A DNA stretch of 25,849 bases from Pseudomonadota bacterium (GTDB taxonomy: Bacteria > UBA10199 > 2-02-FULL-44-16 > JBDRGF01), in the NCBI GenBank assembly GCA_043818055.1, contig JBDRGF010000036.1, positions 1 to 25,849 on the forward strand, in the 5' to 3' direction. A program made the translations under genes and the position numbers. Numbering within the stretch: the first letter of the stretch is position 1; each line of letters begins with the position of its first letter. Below the pieces are notes generated by a model, which had not been told where the DNA came from, made no database searches, and saw only the letters and a program-made list of their open reading frames with translations. Of this stretch, positions 1 to 9,923 are shown piece by piece.

Positions 1-138
1 CAAAAAACAACCCTCTAATCAGAAAAACCTCGTCAGAAGGTTGACAAGGCTTGCCATCGAAATCCAAAAAAACAATCTCCCAACCAATTTCCCCATCCTC
101 CCTACACAAAATCCCTGACCCGATTGGCCGGTTAATTG

Positions 139-1419
139 CTAACTTTTATTGGGAGATAGTTTTTTTAATCTATCATATATGATCTTCTCATAGCCATTCT
201 GTGTGGGATTGTAGAACTTTTTGCCATTTAGTTTATCAGGTAGGTATGTTACTCCCTTCGCGATATTTCCGGGCTGACTCTGCGGGTCGACATAATCAGT
301 CCCGTATCCCAAATCCTTCATGAGCTTTGTCGGTGCGTTTCTGATGTGCAGTGGTACGGATAAATTCCCGTGAGCTTCGATCTCTCCCTTTGCAGCCCAA
401 TATGCCCTGTAGGCCGATTTGCTCTTGGGTGCGCTTGCAAGATATGTCGCGCACTGTGCGAGTGGAATCCACCCCTCCGGCATGCCGACGAAGTCGAAGG
501 CCTGCATGCAGCTTATCGCCACCTGTATCGCCTGTGGATCTGCGTTGCCGATATCCTCCGAGGCGAATATCACCATCCGCCTTGCGCAGAAGAGGGGATC
601 CTCACCGGCTTCGAGCATCCTGGCCAGGTAATATATAGCCGCGTCAGGATCACTTCCCCGCATGCTCTTGATGAAGGCGGATATGACGTTGTAATGTTCT
701 TCTCCACTCTTGTCGTAGAGGAGTGATTTTTTCTGGAGCGCTTCCTCTGCGGTTTTTAGATCGATGTTTGTCTTTTTTCTGCTCAGAGCGAGATCGGATG
801 AAATTTCCAAAGTGTTGAAGGCGCGCCTCGCATCACCGTTTGCGCTCTGGCAGATGAAATCAATAGCGTCATCGTCAATAGAGATGTTTAAAATTGTCAG
901 CGCCCTGTCGAGCAGTTTTTTTATATCCTCTTTGTCGATGGGATTTAGCACATAGACCTTCGTGCGCGAGAGGAGTGGCCCGATTATCTCGAAGGATGGA
1001 TTCTCAGTCGTAGAGCCGATTATCGTGATCGTCCCATCCTCCACATGCGGTAGCAGGGCATCCTGCTGCGCCTTGTTCCATCTGTGAATCTCATCGACGA
1101 AGAGTATATTTGGCTTCTCGTCATATTTGCGGTTTGATTTGGCTAATTCGATAATTTCCCTCAGATCCTTCACACCTGATAGGACCGCGGATATGTGATG
1201 AAAGTGGGCTTCAGTATGATTGGCTATCACCCTTGCGAGCGTTGTTTTCCCAGTGCCGGGAGGCCCCCAAAAGATTATGGATGGAATCGTATCCGCTTCG
1301 ATTAGCGTTTTTAAAGGTTTACCATCGCCTATGAGATGCTCCTGCCCGACAACTTCATTCAAAAACTTAGGCCTCATCCGCTCCGCCAGCGGGCTTATCT
1401 TTTGCTGCTTCGTTTTCAT
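139..1419 (-). CDS. rarA: Replication-associated recombination protein A (RarA/MgsA), clamp-loader-clade AAA+ ATPase
   Basis: PLAERMRP N-terminus, Walker [10 protein letters not shown], Walker [23 protein letters not shown], and MgsA C-terminal motifs [49 protein letters not shown]. Confidence 0.97.
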   Translation of the reverse strand: MKTKQQKISPLAERMRPKFLNEVVGQEHLIGDGKPLKTLIEADTIPSIIFWGPPGTGKTTLARVIANHTEAHFHHISAVLSGVKDLREIIELAKSNRKYDEKPNILFVDEIHRWNKAQQDALLPHVEDGTITIIGSTTENPSFEIIGPLLSRTKVYVLNPIDKEDIKKLLDRALTILNISIDDDAIDFICQSANGDARRAFNTLEISSDLALSRKKTNIDLKTAEEALQKKSLLYDKSGEEHYNVISAFIKSMRGSDPDAAIYYLARMLEAGEDPLFCARRMVIFASEDIGNADPQAIQVAISCMQAFDFVGMPEGWIPLAQCATYLASAPKSKSAYRAYWAAKGEIEAHGNLSVPLHIRNAPTKLMKDLGYGTDYVDPQSQPGNIAKGVTYLPDKLNGKKFYNPTQNGYEKIIYDRLKKLSPNKS

Positions 1420-1549
1420 TAGTTAGAAGCCTATATCAGGGACAAAGGGTTAGCAGCAAGTGGAAAAACAGAACCAATCTGCCTGCAACCAGTATCCAGG
1501 GGCGAGCTATGTAGTCAAGATTGAAAGAAATTATAGGGTTTTTTGTTAA

Positions 1550-1631
1550 ATTGCAATTTTGTGCATTTATTGGATCGATTGTGCATTTTGTGCATTTATT
1601 TGTTGACTTGTGCATTTTGTGCATTTATTCT
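1550..1631 (+). promoter_or_regulatory. Sigma70-like promoter overlapped by three 22-bp direct repeats (probable operator array)
   Basis: TTGTGCATTTTGTGCATTTATT at 1579-1600 and 1608-1629; the copy at 1550-1571 shares the last 16 nt; period 29 bp. TTGACT (1603-1608)-N17-TATTCT (1626-1631). AGGAGG RBS precedes ATG 1657. Confidence 0.7.
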
Positions 1632-1656
1632 CATCTGAGCAGCTTTAGGAGGATCT

Positions 1657-2988
1657 ATGAAACTAGCAATTTATCCTGAAAGAGAATCAAAGTTATTGGA
1701 ATTCAAAGAGCGGCTTCCCAAATTATCATCTCTGGTAAAGACATGTGTCGCTTTTGCAAATGGCTCTGGAGGTAAAATTGTCATCGGAGTGGAAGATAGA
1801 ACTAGAAAAATTGTCGGTGTTGATTTCGATGATATCGATAGGTGCTATGAGAGTTTTTCGAATGTTCTGTATGACTCTGTCTCTCCGACTCTGACCCCGG
1901 AGATATATGAGCAAAATATAAACGGACACAATGTAATCATCATAAAGATAAATCCCGGAAATAAAAAACCTTATCTCATTAAAGGTGAGGGTTTGCCTAA
2001 AGGTGTTTACATCCGGACTGGTTCAAACACTAGAAGGGCAACCGATGAGTACATAGAGGAGCTTGTAAAAGAGCAGAAGCGAATCAATTTTGATGAGGAA
2101 CTCTCCGGTGCATCAGGAGACGAACTCAATGAAGACCTGTTAAAACACATCTATGGTAAAACAATAACAGATAATTTATTGTTAAGGGAGAGAGTTTTGC
2201 AATTAAACAGCGCCCGTCAATTATCTCCAACCAACGCTGGTTTGTTGATTTTCGGTAATCGTCCCGAGGAGCATATACCTGAAGCGTCGATTATTTGTAC
2301 AGTCTTCAGAGGTACTAAAGGACGGGATATTATCCAAACAAGGGAAATTCTGGGGCCGATTCCAGAGATATTGGAAACTTCACTACAACTGATTTCACAA
2401 TGGTTAGAACAAAATTATTCCTTATCAGGTTCAAGATATAGTGGAAAACCTGTTATTCCAATTGCAGCTTTGCGTGAGGCGATTACGAACGCCCTCATAC
2501 ATAGAAAATATTTTATCAGGGGAGCAGTCAAGGTAGCTCTGTTTCAGGATAGGCTTGAAGTCTTCAATCCGGGAAATTTCCCGGGTACGATATCACTGGA
2601 AAACCTGGGGGATGGAAGCACATATTTGCGAAACCCACTGCTTGCCAAATTTGCCAGAAAATTTAAGTTAATTGAGAAATTAGGATCGGGAATAAGATTG
2701 ATATTTGAAGAATGTGCGAAAGCCAGCCTAAAGAAACCTCAATATAATGAAGATGGCGATTTTGTGAAAGTCACTTTTTTTATGCAAAAGGAATTTAGTT
2801 CGGATATTCCAATTGAGGAAAAATTAAAAAAGCTTCTAGAGGAAAGAGAAACGCTTCGGGTCCATGAGGCTTTGATGTTTATAGATGTTTCCCGCAACAC
2901 GATCACAAATGCTTTCAATGCACTGATAAAAAAGAAGCTGGTTAAACGCATTGGGAAAGGACGCGGGGCTTATTACGTAAAAAATTGA
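1657..2988 (+). CDS. Schlafen/AlbA_2-domain protein with RecG-C-like (HATPase_c_4) domain and C-terminal winged HTH
   Basis: ESKLLEFKE and VAFANGSGGKIVIGVED (AlbA_2); ALREAITNALIHRKY, DRLEVFNPG, RNPLLAK, IEKLGSGI (HATPase_c_4); VSRNTITNAFNALIKKKLVKRIGKGRGAYY (wHTH). Confidence 0.88.
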   Translation: MKLAIYPERESKLLEFKERLPKLSSLVKTCVAFANGSGGKIVIGVEDRTRKIVGVDFDDIDRCYESFSNVLYDSVSPTLTPEIYEQNINGHNVIIIKINPGNKKPYLIKGEGLPKGVYIRTGSNTRRATDEYIEELVKEQKRINFDEELSGASGDELNEDLLKHIYGKTITDNLLLRERVLQLNSARQLSPTNAGLLIFGNRPEEHIPEASIICTVFRGTKGRDIIQTREILGPIPEILETSLQLISQWLEQNYSLSGSRYSGKPVIPIAALREAITNALIHRKYFIRGAVKVALFQDRLEVFNPGNFPGTISLENLGDGSTYLRNPLLAKFARKFKLIEKLGSGIRLIFEECAKASLKKPQYNEDGDFVKVTFFMQKEFSSDIPIEEKLKKLLEERETLRVHEALMFIDVSRNTITNAFNALIKKKLVKRIGKGRGAYYVKN

Positions 2989-3070
2989 AGTTGCTCGTTG
3001 GAATAGGGAATTAATGAAAGATTAATTTATCCCTGAGACTGTAACGAAGAGGATTTGTATTGAAGCATTT

Positions 3071-4147
3071 CTAAAACACAACATATTCTTTATCAGAGAT
3101 GATCACTTTTCTTTTTCCATCTGGAAATTCGATGGATGCCTCGGTTATCTGGATGGGGCTGTTCTTTGCATAGACGATGTCCTGATGAATTACATTTTCA
3201 GGCGATTTGAATTTATCTGGGGAGGTTGTCCCGCCCAAATGATCGCTCCGCCCGAAGGCCCAGTGAAAACCTGCCTTTTCATCCTCCAACACATTTCCCC
3301 ACACTACCGCCTTTGGATTGCAACCGAAGGCAAACTCAGCGAGGTTTGCCCTTGCAGGATCTTCTGAAAAGAAAGCATTCCATTTCTCTGCTTTTGTTTT
3401 TTCACCATCGACACCGATAATTTTGTTATTTTTGATGTTGAAAATAACTATGTCACCTTTGTCATAGACTGGAATCTTACCCTCGGTTTTGCTCGGTATA
3501 TTTTCTTTTTCTCCATCGTATGGTCCAAACGCCGTTTCACCACAGGGAAGGTTTATCAGTTTTAAGCCCTTTTTATTTCGGGGAAGCTGTCCATCATCTG
3601 TCAGGACTTCCCTATATCGTAAGTCAAAATAACATTCATCACCTGTAGAGAATTTCACTATTCCACCTACGGCCCCCGTCATCAGATCTTTTAATATATT
3701 GCATCTCTTCATTAGATCATAATAATCGACGTCGAGGGCTGTCTCTTCCATCCTCTTTGCGATCATAGGCATCGAAGCCGATCTGAAATCGGAATTTTCT
3801 TTTGAGTACATTATTAAAAACGCCGAAGCCGAATATTCTGTCAGTGCGAGCAAAATTGTAGCTTGAGAAAGAGCATCTCTCAGTTTTATGGGTTCGCCCT
3901 TTTCAAGCGGCAACTGAGCATTATGCGTACCTGTCGCGGGATATTTTATAAGCGGCAGGACTTTGAATCCAACTTCATGGGAGAGCTCCTTAAGCATGAT
4001 ATGCCAATTTTCTGCCATCACTCTTCGCTCTCTCCAGGCTGGATTATCTTTTATTTTTTCAGTAGGCTCATCAGAAATTATCAGAACGTTTTCATCAGAC
4101 TCAGGATGAAAAATATCTATAAATGACTTTTTTAAATCGAAACTCAC
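3071..4147 (-). CDS. Metallo-aminopeptidase, peptidase M29 (AmpS/AmpT)-like
   Basis: Metal-ligand motifs in M29 order: NLPCGE, LAEFAFG, EDEKAGFHWAFG, IHQD. GTG start overlaps the upstream TGA, with a GGAGG RBS. Confidence 0.75.
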   Translation of the reverse strand: MSFDLKKSFIDIFHPESDENVLIISDEPTEKIKDNPAWRERRVMAENWHIMLKELSHEVGFKVLPLIKYPATGTHNAQLPLEKGEPIKLRDALSQATILLALTEYSASAFLIMYSKENSDFRSASMPMIAKRMEETALDVDYYDLMKRCNILKDLMTGAVGGIVKFSTGDECYFDLRYREVLTDDGQLPRNKKGLKLINLPCGETAFGPYDGEKENIPSKTEGKIPVYDKGDIVIFNIKNNKIIGVDGEKTKAEKWNAFFSEDPARANLAEFAFGCNPKAVVWGNVLEDEKAGFHWAFGRSDHLGGTTSPDKFKSPENVIHQDIVYAKNSPIQITEASIEFPDGKRKVIISDKEYVVF

Positions 4148-4992
4148 TTGCCACCTCCGTCTTGATTAATTCTTTCTAAAAATATTTTTACAAGTCTATT
4201 CAGTTCTGAGGCGTAAACTTTTCGCTCCATTGCATCTTCTGACATGAATCTTGCGAATCGTTGTGGACCTATTTGGAGAAGGTCGGAGAAAAATTTTTCC
4301 ATGTAAGTAATGGCTTCCTTTGCTAAACCATGTTGCAATATTGGTTGAAAATCTTGAGCTAGCGCTTCAATTCCGCCTGGATAAAACTTTAGACACGAGT
4401 AAATATCATAAGCATCCTTTTCAGACTTTCTGGATTCAAAGGTGATGAGTTTTAAGACCAGATAAGCCGCACCGTTTGCAACCTTTACCATTTCGCTATG
4501 TAGAATGCCATCGGGTAACATTGCTGTGACATTGATTTCAACAGCATTATCAAAGACTATGTCGACACCTCTCGCCTTGTGAACATGAACTCCTTCTTGT
4601 ATTTTTTCTCTAAATCCTTTTTTAGCTTTTGTTCCATATTCAGGTCCAATGAGATCAACGACAACAACGTGAACCTTTTCTTCAAGTTCGATAATACGTT
4701 CAAAGGAAAATTTCAGATCATTTCCGTCCCGATCTTTTCTGTAGTGATATCCTCTTTTAAAAAGCAAATCAGCTATGGTTGCGTATTCCTGCTCAGAAAC
4801 ATTTTGTGAGTTTACTGCAAAATCGACATCATAGGTTCCTATATGTTTCGATTCTTTAGTAAATAACACTTTTGGAACTAAACCTCCGACTAAAACAAAA
4901 TCTTTTCTATATTTTCCTATGCATGAAATAACATCAACCATTACCGATAAACATAGCTGTGATAGGTTTTCTGTGTAGTCAGTCTTTTTCAT
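4144..4992 (-). CDS. Nucleotidyltransferase, AbiEii-like type IV toxin
   Basis: Pol-beta-fold motif VLVGG...HIGTYDVDF and C-terminal LKL...R...KDAYDI; lies 8 nt downstream of an AbiEi-like gene. Confidence 0.78.
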   Translation of the reverse strand: MKKTDYTENLSQLCLSVMVDVISCIGKYRKDFVLVGGLVPKVLFTKESKHIGTYDVDFAVNSQNVSEQEYATIADLLFKRGYHYRKDRDGNDLKFSFERIIELEEKVHVVVVDLIGPEYGTKAKKGFREKIQEGVHVHKARGVDIVFDNAVEINVTAMLPDGILHSEMVKVANGAAYLVLKLITFESRKSEKDAYDIYSCLKFYPGGIEALAQDFQPILQHGLAKEAITYMEKFFSDLLQIGPQRFARFMSEDAMERKVYASELNRLVKIFLERINQDGGGK

Positions 4993-5000
4993 TTATTTTC

Positions 5001-6035
5001 TCAAAATTTAAGTTTTTCTTCTCTTAAAAATGTTGCCTGTTCTTTTCCGCGTTTTGGATCGGAGTATAGATCAAGGTAAAGCTGTATCAAGCCAACGGTA
5101 TAAAATCCGTCAATTTTCATGGAAAAGTCAAAAATGCCTTCATCATAAGGTTCTAAAATTTTTACATTCTCACCGCTGTTGCCGCGAACTAAAAGAGCAT
5201 CTAACTTCTCCCATGTAGAGGTTATGTCAACACTCCCTTTATGATATGCTTCAATAACCTGATAATCTGCAAAAGGTGCTATTAGAGATGAGGCAGCTGT
5301 TCGAGTAAGAATATAATTTTCATTATGTTTAAAAAATTGCATTATTTCATTCAGAGGTTTGTTTATGAGAATTTTTGTTTCAATGTTGTTTTTCCTAAAG
5401 CTATAATTATCTGCCCACAGCTCCAATAATAGGCCAGGGTCAACAAGTGAAATTCCATCTTCTCGTGTAATAAAAGATTGTTGTTCAAGTGCATCGATCA
5501 CCTTTGTTACCAATGAAGGACTGACATGACACATCTTAGCTAATTCCGATGGTTTAAGTTTTTGGGGGTATGTTTCAAGTAATGTTCGGATAATGCGAGA
5601 TGATTTGCCTGAAAAAATATTTTTCAATGACTCCGTAAAAGGATAAAGATTTTGTTTGCCTGAAATCTGGATATGAACATCATGTTTCTGATTTGTGTTA
5701 TGTTGAAAAACATTAATTGAACAATTTCCAGAAAGGTCTAAAAAATTTACTCCTTCCTTTTCAAGAGTAGCCTGGGTGCCAGGAGGGAAATATGTTCCTA
5801 CAAAAAGATAATTCCCTTCTTTTGTTTTTACTCGTTTTAATAACGAATTCATCTCTGATGGATATGGACGTTTACACACCAAAAGGATAAAAAGATAAGT
5901 ATTGTTTTCAATGTTAATTTTTGCCTTAAAATCGGTTGAAGTTTCCACGATCTGTTTGATTGAAAGCCTTGGAAACAGGATGGCCGCTTCCTGTTCAAAG
6001 AGTTTGATGATTTTCTTTTGAGAAAATGATTTCAT
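5001..6035 (-). CDS. AbiEi-like antitoxin / transcriptional regulator (AbiEi_2-type)
   Basis: GVNFLDLSGN motif, central HTH (PSELAKMCHVSPSLVTKVIDALEQQSFI), LLELWADNY, C-terminal QLYLDLYSDPKRGKEQA. Confidence 0.75.
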   Translation of the reverse strand: MKSFSQKKIIKLFEQEAAILFPRLSIKQIVETSTDFKAKINIENNTYLFILLVCKRPYPSEMNSLLKRVKTKEGNYLFVGTYFPPGTQATLEKEGVNFLDLSGNCSINVFQHNTNQKHDVHIQISGKQNLYPFTESLKNIFSGKSSRIIRTLLETYPQKLKPSELAKMCHVSPSLVTKVIDALEQQSFITREDGISLVDPGLLLELWADNYSFRKNNIETKILINKPLNEIMQFFKHNENYILTRTAASSLIAPFADYQVIEAYHKGSVDITSTWEKLDALLVRGNSGENVKILEPYDEGIFDFSMKIDGFYTVGLIQLYLDLYSDPKRGKEQATFLREEKLKF

Positions 6036-6041
6036 AATGTC

Positions 6042-6101
6042 ATTTTACTATATAAGCAATTTTACTAGCTAGTAAAATAGGCTAAATAGTAAAATTGTCA
6101 A
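6042..6101 (-). promoter_or_regulatory. Promoter/operator of the AbiE-like operon: four symmetric 9-bp half-sites
   Basis: ATTTTACTA at 6042-6050 and 6059-6067; TAGTAAAAT at 6070-6078 and 6087-6095; all symmetric about 6068/6069. Minus-strand TTGACA at 6101-6096. Confidence 0.72.
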
Positions 6102-6162
6102 GTAAAGTTTTTAGCATTGGAAACAAAAAAGACTATCAGATCGTATTTAAATAAGCTTTTAC

Positions 6163-6191
6163 CCACATACTACATGCCACATGCTACATGC
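6163..6191. repeat. Heptamer tandem repeat (CYACATR)x4
   Basis: CCACATA CTACATG CCACATG CTACATG. Confidence 0.8.
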
Positions 6192-6259
6192 GTCTTTTGT
6201 CTTTCCTGGCCCCTGCTTTTCCATTGGACAACAACCCTATTCTTTTATAGATATCACCT

Positions 6260-7921
6260 ATGCTTCAAAGCCTTACAGTTAAGAATCTTGCGATAATCGA
6301 TGAAGTCACGATCGAATTTGAGAGGGGCTTCAATGTCCTGACTGGCGAGACAGGTGCGGGGAAGACGATCCTCATTCAGGCTATCAATCTCGTTCTCGGC
6401 GGTAGGATAAGGGGCGATATGATTCGCTCTGGATGCGAATTTGCCGAGGTGACTGCCCTTTTTACTCTCGACGATTCCCCTTTGGCTAAGAGGGCTCTGA
6501 ATGCGCTTGGCTGTGAAGTCGATGACGAGGTCATGATCAAGCGCTATATCGACAAGGATGGAAAGGGTAAAAGGTTTATCAATGGTCAGGCGGTGACGGT
6601 CGGCATGCTTCGACAGGTGGCCGAGACTTTAGTCGATATCTCCTCCCAGCACGAGCATCAGCTCCTGCTCGATCCTGAACATCATCTCAATATACTCGAT
6701 GCCGCAGGGGTCGATGAAAAGATATTGAAAGAATACCAACGCGCCTTCACAGCCTATCAGGGTGTCAGAACTAAGCTCAACGAGGCTAGAGGTGAGGAGG
6801 AAAGGCTCAAAGAGCAGCTCGACTTCATGAAGTTTCAGCTCGACGAGCTTGATAAGGCCAACCTCAAACCTGATGAGCTCGATGAGTTAGAGAGGGAGAG
6901 AAATAAGCTCAAACACGCTGTCGATCTTGCCAAGACCTCCTCAGAGGTTGATCGGAGGCTCTACTCAGGGGCTAATAGCATCATCTCGAGCTTAAGCATC
7001 TCTGCCTCCGATCTGTCGAGGCTTGAGGATGTAGAAGAGCTTTTTAAAAACTTCAGGGAGAGGCTGGATAATTGTCTCATCGAATTAAAGGATGTCGCGG
7101 GCGATCTGCAGCGCTATGTGAGATCTATCGACGCTGAGCCCGGAAGGCTCGATGCGTTGGATGACCGTATACACCTCATCCGCTCGCTCGCCAGAAAATA
7201 TGGTGGTTCGGTCGAGAGCTGCATCGAAAAACATAAAATTTTGAAGGAAAAGGTCGGGCTGATTACCAACTTCGAATCTGAGATCGCAAGGCTCGAAGAG
7301 GAACTTAGCTATAATTCCAAAGAACTGGAAACCGCAGGCACAATGCTTTCGAAGATGAGAAGGGAATACGCGCTCGATCTCGAAAAACGGGTGGAGGAGG
7401 AGCTACGCGAACTCTCCATGGAGCGGGCGCGCTTTGTCGTATCATTTGAGAAGAGAGAGTTGGGCCTTTGGGATAGACAAGGCCCGGAGAAAGGGGAATT
7501 CTACCTTACTCCAAATCAGGGGGAGGCGATAAAGCCGCTCAAGGATATTGCCTCAGGTGGAGAACTCTCACGCATAATGCTGGCGATCAAGAGCGTAGTG
7601 GGGGCTAGCTCCGAAGTCGTCGGATCCTTTATCTTCGACGAGGTCGATTCAGGCATAGGAGGAGAGGTCGCCGGAAACGTGGGCAAAAAACTCGCCCAGA
7701 TCGCAAAGTCAAAGCAGGTGATATGTATCACCCATCTGCCCCAAATCGCCTCAGAGGCGGGGCATCATTATATGGTAAGTAAATCAGTAAAGAACAAACG
7801 CACGCTGGCCTCCATAGTGAAGCTGAGTCGCAGCCAGAGGGTCGAAGAGCTGGCAAGGATGCTGGGAGGGAGTGTCAGAAGTGACGCCCTCATGGAGCAT
7901 GTCGATTCACTGATTGACTGA
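6260..7921 (+). CDS. recN: DNA repair protein RecN
   Basis: LTGETGAGKT Walker A, long coiled coil, ASGGELSRIMLA signature, FDEVDSGIGG Walker B, VICITHLPQIA, RVEELARMLGG; 553 aa. Confidence 0.97.
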   Translation: MLQSLTVKNLAIIDEVTIEFERGFNVLTGETGAGKTILIQAINLVLGGRIRGDMIRSGCEFAEVTALFTLDDSPLAKRALNALGCEVDDEVMIKRYIDKDGKGKRFINGQAVTVGMLRQVAETLVDISSQHEHQLLLDPEHHLNILDAAGVDEKILKEYQRAFTAYQGVRTKLNEARGEEERLKEQLDFMKFQLDELDKANLKPDELDELERERNKLKHAVDLAKTSSEVDRRLYSGANSIISSLSISASDLSRLEDVEELFKNFRERLDNCLIELKDVAGDLQRYVRSIDAEPGRLDALDDRIHLIRSLARKYGGSVESCIEKHKILKEKVGLITNFESEIARLEEELSYNSKELETAGTMLSKMRREYALDLEKRVEEELRELSMERARFVVSFEKRELGLWDRQGPEKGEFYLTPNQGEAIKPLKDIASGGELSRIMLAIKSVVGASSEVVGSFIFDEVDSGIGGEVAGNVGKKLAQIAKSKQVICITHLPQIASEAGHHYMVSKSVKNKRTLASIVKLSRSQRVEELARMLGGSVRSDALMEHVDSLID

Positions 7922-7950
7922 GGTCTAGATCTTAGATCTCTTTTTTCTTT
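7920..7950 (+). terminator. Possible weak intrinsic terminator after recN
   Basis: GAGGTCTA/TAGATCTC stem with one G-U pair, followed by TTTTTTCTTT. Confidence 0.35.
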
Positions 7951-8023
7951 GCAATTTTACGGCCGGATATATAGATTCATTTAGCGCCTTAGGGGGGCTT
8001 AAGATCACTACACAAGGGGAGTT

Positions 8024-8836
8024 TTGATGAAGATTGCCGCTTTTGGACTGTCGGATGTTGGTAAACAGAGACAAAAAAATGAAGACAGCTTTCTAGTTAA
8101 GAACGACTTAAGTCTCTTTGCGGTATGCGACGGCATGGGGGGACATCAGGGGGGCGACTATGCGAGCCTCGAAGCGGTCGACATACTCGAAGAGATCGTT
8201 TCAACTATCGAAAAGGATCCGAAAAAGGCGCTCGAAGGGGCTAACGAACTGAATCCGGATGATTTTCCATCCCGCTTAAAATACGCACTAAAGCTCGCAA
8301 GCCGGAAGATATATGAAAAGTCGGTTTCAAATGCCGAACTCAAAGGAATGGGTACAACTGCGGTTGTGCTCTACTTCAGGAACAACAAAGTCTACATAGC
8401 CAACGTAGGAGATTCAAGGGCTTACAGGGTTAGGAGTGGCAGGATAGTTCAGATCACCACCGACCATTCTCTGGTCAATGAGCAGCTCAAGGCTGGCGTC
8501 ATCACCAAGGAGGAGGCACGGGGACATAAGCTGAAAAATATTATCACACGCTCGGTCGGCTTTCAGCAGGATGTGGAGGTCGATGTCGATGTTCGTGCAG
8601 TTCTCAAAGAGGACCTCTTCATACTCTGTTCAGATGGTTTATCGAACATGCTCCCTGATAACGAGATTATGAAGATTACCAAGGGAGAGAATGATCTGGC
8701 GGTTATCTGCAGAAAGCTGATCGATTTGGCCAACGAAAAGGGCGGCGACGATAACATAACGGCGGTAGTTGTACGCGTTGATGAATTGGATGAGATGAAA
8801 GAGGGTGATGTTGAGGACTCCACAGTGGAGGCATAA
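8024..8836 (+). CDS. PP2C-type (Stp1/PrpC family) Ser/Thr protein phosphatase
   Basis: SDVGKQRQKNEDSF, AVCDGMGGH, GMGTT, NVGDSRAY, DHSLV, NIITRSVG, LCSDGL, GGDDNIT; start is TTG 8024 or ATG 8027. Confidence 0.95.
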   Translation: MMKIAAFGLSDVGKQRQKNEDSFLVKNDLSLFAVCDGMGGHQGGDYASLEAVDILEEIVSTIEKDPKKALEGANELNPDDFPSRLKYALKLASRKIYEKSVSNAELKGMGTTAVVLYFRNNKVYIANVGDSRAYRVRSGRIVQITTDHSLVNEQLKAGVITKEEARGHKLKNIITRSVGFQQDVEVDVDVRAVLKEDLFILCSDGLSNMLPDNEIMKITKGENDLAVICRKLIDLANEKGGDDNITAVVVRVDELDEMKEGDVEDSTVEA

Positions 8837-8874
8837 AGATTTAAAAATGTTATTTATCAAGTAGTTATACTGGG

Positions 8875-8903
8875 TTGACAGTGAAAAATTCATATGCTAG
8901 CGT
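8875..8903 (+). promoter_or_regulatory. Putative sigma70 promoter of the M23 peptidase gene
   Basis: TTGACA (8875-8880)-N17-TAGCGT (8898-8903) with TG at 8895-8896 (extended -10). Confidence 0.5.
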
Positions 8904-8936
8904 CTTCGAAATTTTTAAATTCGGAGGAGTTGAGAT

Positions 8937-9860
8937 TTGATTCAAAACTTATTCAAACAGATTTTTTCAAGAGAGGGCATACACCTCCTTCTCATGTCCA
9001 ACAAAAAGTCCTCCATCCAGAGGAAGACGATTTCCAGAAAGACGATTTTCTTCGTAAGCGCAGTTGTCTCTCTTTTCCTATTATGTTTTGGGGTTGTCAC
9101 TTTGGGGTTGGCCCATTATTCTTATCGTTGCTCGGTGCTGAGCGACTCAAACTTAAAGCTAGCTGAGTATGCAAGGGAGAGGGAGAGCGTCATGAACAAC
9201 ATCTCCCAGCTGAGAGAGTCCGTATCGAGAACCGAGAGATTTCTGGCTAGCCAGGGAGATATCTTAATCAAAGCCGATGCGGAGAGTGCTAAAAAAGCTG
9301 ATAATTCAAACCCTTCCGTCGATTGGAACTGGCGCTATTTCTCAAATGATTTAAAAGCAAATGGTATCGAATCTTTGGATCTTCTATTGGCTGAGAGTAC
9401 TGAAATAGAAAAGGTCGTTCATTCTTCTTTTTCAGCCACTCAGGATATGGTCTTCTATGTCGATTCCCAACCCAGAATTTGGCCTACGCGTGGATATGTT
9501 ACTTCTGAATTCGGCGGCTGGAGGAAGTGGGGTGGCGCGGATGGCCTGCACAGACATACCGGCATCGATATTGCCGCACCCACAGGAACCTCTATCAATG
9601 CAGTCTCAAGCGGCACTGTGACATATGTTGGATATCAGAGGGGTTATGGAAAGGTCGTCAAGGTCGATCATGGATATGGGATGACCACTCTTTATGCCCA
9701 TTGTTCCATGGTGTTCGCTGTTGAAGGAGAGAGAGTAAAGTCAGGGGACAGGCTGGCTGCCGTGGGCAGTACCGGCAGGAGCACAGGCCCCCATCTCCAT
9801 TTTGAGGTAAGAATCGACGGGGTACCTGTCAATCCAAAGCGTTATCTTCCGCATGCATAA
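8937..9860 (+). CDS. M23-family peptidoglycan endopeptidase with N-terminal membrane anchor and coiled coil
   Basis: Hydrophobic IFFVSAVVSLFLLCFGVVTLGL; WPTRGYVTSEFG, HTGIDIAAP (HxxxD), TLYAH, GSTGRSTGPHLHFEV (HxH). Confidence 0.93.
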   Translation: MIQNLFKQIFSREGIHLLLMSNKKSSIQRKTISRKTIFFVSAVVSLFLLCFGVVTLGLAHYSYRCSVLSDSNLKLAEYARERESVMNNISQLRESVSRTERFLASQGDILIKADAESAKKADNSNPSVDWNWRYFSNDLKANGIESLDLLLAESTEIEKVVHSSFSATQDMVFYVDSQPRIWPTRGYVTSEFGGWRKWGGADGLHRHTGIDIAAPTGTSINAVSSGTVTYVGYQRGYGKVVKVDHGYGMTTLYAHCSMVFAVEGERVKSGDRLAAVGSTGRSTGPHLHFEVRIDGVPVNPKRYLPHA

Positions 9861-9923
9861 AATTCCAAATTGTAACTATTCAGGCACTTCAACAACGTAT
9901 TGAAATAATTGATATTGTGTAGA

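Noticed and set aside
1..138. TTGACA at 41-46 and C/A-rich tract as a promoter or RNA gene
   Set aside because: No matching -10 or downstream plus-strand gene, no tRNA-like fold, and too little context at the window edge
1436..1624. 62-aa minus-strand ORF (MHKMHKSTNKCTKC...)
   Set aside because: It is the translation of the operator repeats; no RBS or recognisable domain
1550..1629. Direct repeats as a mini-CRISPR array or plasmid iterons
   Set aside because: Spacers are only 7 nt, there are no cas or rep genes, and the repeats coincide with a promoter
6110..6259. LexA/SOS box upstream of recN (and rarA)
   Set aside because: No CTGT-N8-ACAG or GAAC-N4-GTTC match seen; a lineage-specific box cannot be excluded
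8894..9166. 90-aa ORF overlapping the M23 gene start
   Set aside because: Its ATG lies within the predicted -10 region, and it overlaps a better-supported gene in another frame
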